A stretch of DNA of 64,000 nucleotides from Felis catus (lineage: Eukaryota): NCBI RefSeq assembly GCF_018350175.1, contig NC_058375.1, positions 1,116,001-1,180,000 of the forward strand, written 5' to 3'. The notes beneath the pieces are model-generated. The model was not told where the DNA came from. It worked only from the letters and a program-made list of their open reading frames with translations, and made no database searches. The first letter of the stretch is position 1; every line of letters begins with the position of its first letter. Shown here piece after piece: positions 60,291 through 64,000 of this stretch. The position numbers and the translations under genes were made by a program.

Positions 60291-63200
60291 AGGGCCGACT
60301 CCTTCCCTGCGAGGGCCCAGGGGGTCGCCCACACCCTCACGGGAGACGCGCCTTGGGGTGGCGCCCCGCTCCCTGCGGCGGCTCCGTGTCTACCGATCAC
60401 CGGGTGACTCCCGATGCCCGGAGGTCAGAGGTCGGGCGGGAGGTGTCCCTACACCCGGAGAGGCCCGCGCTGGACCCGGGAGCCCGCGCCTTCCTCATCG
60501 GCCAGGCCCGGCGCCAGACTGTGCGAGGACTCTGTGGCGGTCTGAAAGGCGTCCTGGCAGCTGCGAGTGAGGGCCCTGAGGCCGCCCTGTGGCTGCAGCC
60601 TGAGCCCACCCCCTCCTGGACGCGGCCCTCCTCCTTTGGCCCCGTCCGTCTGTCCGTCTGTCCACACGGCCTGCTGGAAGCCAGTTTAGAAAGGGGCTGG
60701 AGGGCAGAGGACGGACCCCAGTGACGGCCCTCCCTCCGGGACCCGTGTGCCACTCGGGCCGTCAGGTCAGCGCCTGGACCGCAGGGGAGGTGGCTGCTCG
60801 TGTCCCTGCCATCACGTGCGTATGGGGCTGCCCAAATGGACACCGCCCAGCACGATGGAGGATGGGTGTCCCAGCAGCACTTGGAGCTGCAGGGGGCAGG
60901 CGGAGTGTCCGAGGTTCTTGGGCAGAAGGCTCCGGAAGGTTGGGACGCTGCCCAGCAAAAGGAAACGGAGAGACACAAGTCTGCATCCCGGGAGACACAG
61001 CCTGGAGGGACCAGGCTTCCACCTCCACTCATTTGAGGCGCCCCACGCCGAGGACACGCCATCTCCCTCAAGGGCGTGCGGGGGTCCCGAGGTCTGCAGG
61101 CTGGGATGGTGTGGCTGGAGACACCACGGGGCAACTGTCCAGGCAAACACCTCCTCACTCTGGACGAGGCAGCCTGGCCATCGGGAGCTGCAGCCCAGGG
61201 CGGTTCTGTCGGAGACCCGGCTCCCGGCCCGCAAGTCGGAACAAGATGTCTCCCGAGTGGGAGAAGCCCCTGGCAGGCCTGCCGAGGCCACACTGCTGGC
61301 AGGGCTGGGCTGCCCCCTGGTGGATCGCCCGGCAGGCGTCCCGGGTCAGCCCGGGGAGTGGGGGCTGCTGCCCGTCCCCTCCTGGCTGAGCCTCGACTTG
61401 CAGGGGAGGCCTGAGCGGGGGCCCAGGTGGGCAGCCACAGCCCCGAAGGGAGGCCATGCAGGCGGCGGAGGGTCCGAGGGCCAGAAAAGCCTCCAGAAAC
61501 AGGGAAGTGCTGGGGGCTCTAAAGAGCGTGTTGCCCTGTCCGGCCGTGGGGAGCCTGACCCGAGTCCTAGGCTGTGCCGGTTGTCCCCGAATGTCACAGG
61601 GATGTGAGGGGAGCCTGGGCTCCAAGCCAGAACTCCCTGATGTGGGAGGCCTCCTCTGGGCCTGTGAACTCACAAGGCCCTTGAACTACAAGATGGGCAG
61701 AACTGAGGCGAGGGCTGAGGACAGAGCCCGGTGCCTGTGGCGAGAGGCCTAGCGGCCAAGTGGCAGATTCTGGTGTCCCCCAGCCTAGGGTGTGGCCGTG
61801 CACATTTGTGGAGGTGACTCCAGGTGGGGCGAGAACCCTGGGAGGAGGGCCTGCCCTGTGTTTCTCTTCCCTTGCAGCTCCGGAGAATTGAGGCGGACAG
61901 TCTGTGGCCCCATAAGGACGGATGGACGGACGTCCCCTCGTGGAGAAGCAGCAGGTCACAGCAGCACCTGCAAACGGGCGCGGTGCAAACCACCAAGCAC
62001 ACCAGCCCAGGCCGGCAGGGCAGCAGCAACGTGGACGCGGGGCCCCTCGAGCACAGGGGGCGCTGGCCTGGGTGCCGTGTTACTGGGGCAGATCTTGCTT
62101 CACGAGCAGGGAAGGCAGCCAGCCGTGTGGGGCTTCCCGCACTACAGGCCGGCATCCGGGCACCCCCGCCCCTGCCCCAGCCACTCCGTCGACACCCCGG
62201 GCCGGGGACCTTTTTATGGCCTCTCAGCCCCAGAGCCACCCTTCTTGGCCGCCTTCGGGGGGCGGAAGCCGGACCCCTTGAGGTCTCTATCGGCCGGCTG
62301 GTGCGCCGCTTCGTCAGCAGAGGGCGCTGCAGGGGCAGCCGCGAGCAGCAGCACCTGGGCTTCCAGAGCCGGGTTTAGTGGGCGTGTCACAACCACGGCG
62401 GCAGCTCCATTGGTCTTGAAGCCCCCGTGCGCGCCACGACTCTCCCTGCCCGAGCCAGGTCCCGGGTCCATCTTTGGGGGCGTCTCCGGGGCCACCCGTG
62501 CATCGGCTTTTACCCCGCCTAGCGCTGCACAGCCTCTCGCCAGCTGCCCGTGTCCATGTTCACGCACTGGTGTGGTTTGTCCCCCAGCGGGACTCGGCTC
62601 TGGGCACCACTGCCACCTGACAGTCCCAAAGCCGGGGGTCCTTCCTTCTCCTCTGGCCTTTGCTTCAACAGCCAAGCTGTCAGCACGGCCGCGTTTTCAC
62701 CTCCGAAACGTCCTGATGCTGTTCTCTGCGCCCCATCGCCTCTCCTGATGGTGGCTCCGACTAAGAGCCAGGCGGGCCTCTCCCACAGAGACCAGAGCGT
62801 CACCCCTCCGGCCCTTCCCGAGACGCTCGGAACACATTCCAGCCCCGCTGAGGCTCCAGGGCCTCCCAAGCCGGCCTGCCATACCCTCTTCCTCCCGCCC
62901 ACACACGAGGACACATCAGGGAGGACGGCCAAGCCCCTGGCCACCCAGCTGCCTGCAGACCCAGCGGGGCCCCTCACCCAGTCTGGCCGCCGACCGGAGA
63001 TACGCATCCCTGGCTCTGCCCGCTTTGCTCCCGGCCGGGCATGCGGGCCAGTGTCCATAAAAAGAATGATGAATTCTGGGGTCTTGACGAGGTCTTTGGA
63101 TCTGCCTGGGTCTCTCTCCCCCACCCCTTGTAGTGAGTAACCCCCCTGTCAAACCCGAGGGGCAGTGCCTGAAGCAGTGAGGGGGGACGGGCCTCCTTGT

Positions 63201-63329
63201 CCGCTTCCGCACATTATCGGTGGGGGCATCCCTCACCAAAACCCGCTTCGCCCGCACCGAGGGCATCCTCAAGGGACTGAGAAATTTCACCTCATTTCCA
63301 CAGGCGACAGTGCGGGTTATGGCATCTCA

Positions 63330-63989
<660 letters not shown>

Positions 63990-64000
63990 CTACCAAGAAC

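Noticed and set aside
61792-63140. POM121/FG-nucleoporin retrocopy (IFGG, AFGG) or Tigger transposase (FIILFMDTGPH) resemblance
   Set aside because: Only short low-complexity matches with no colinear similarity to the recalled proteins; left as an unexplained block.

Overview
Eukaryotic window from a carnivore, most likely a felid (felid-type CAN-SINEs), and very GC-rich. It is orthologous to human 1p36.33. The + strand carries the 3' end of SKI: partial exon 5 broken by an N gap, exons 6-7, and a ~3 kb 3'UTR with AATAAA at 5180. After ~12 kb of intergenic DNA, the - strand carries nine phase-compatible exons of MORN1 (6-14 by human numbering), stop at 17399, converging on SKI. MORN1 intron 8 holds a ~10 kb AT-rich island of two stacked fossil L1s, one young L1 3' fragment and all 13 CAN-SINEs seen in the window. 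There are three assembly gaps. No tRNA/rRNA genes, CRISPR arrays or additional credible protein-coding genes were found, and nearly all long ORFs in the track are GC artefacts. I cannot support a new biological system with confidence. The best leads are an orphan ETS/IRF-rich CpG island between SKI and MORN1, a SINE-spacer-SINE dimer inside one target-site duplication, ancient repeats that appear to have gained CpG, several homeodomain-motif AT islands in MORN1 introns, and a CA/UG minisatellite next to MORN1 exon 8. Gene and repeat-family names come from recalled sequences, not database searches.
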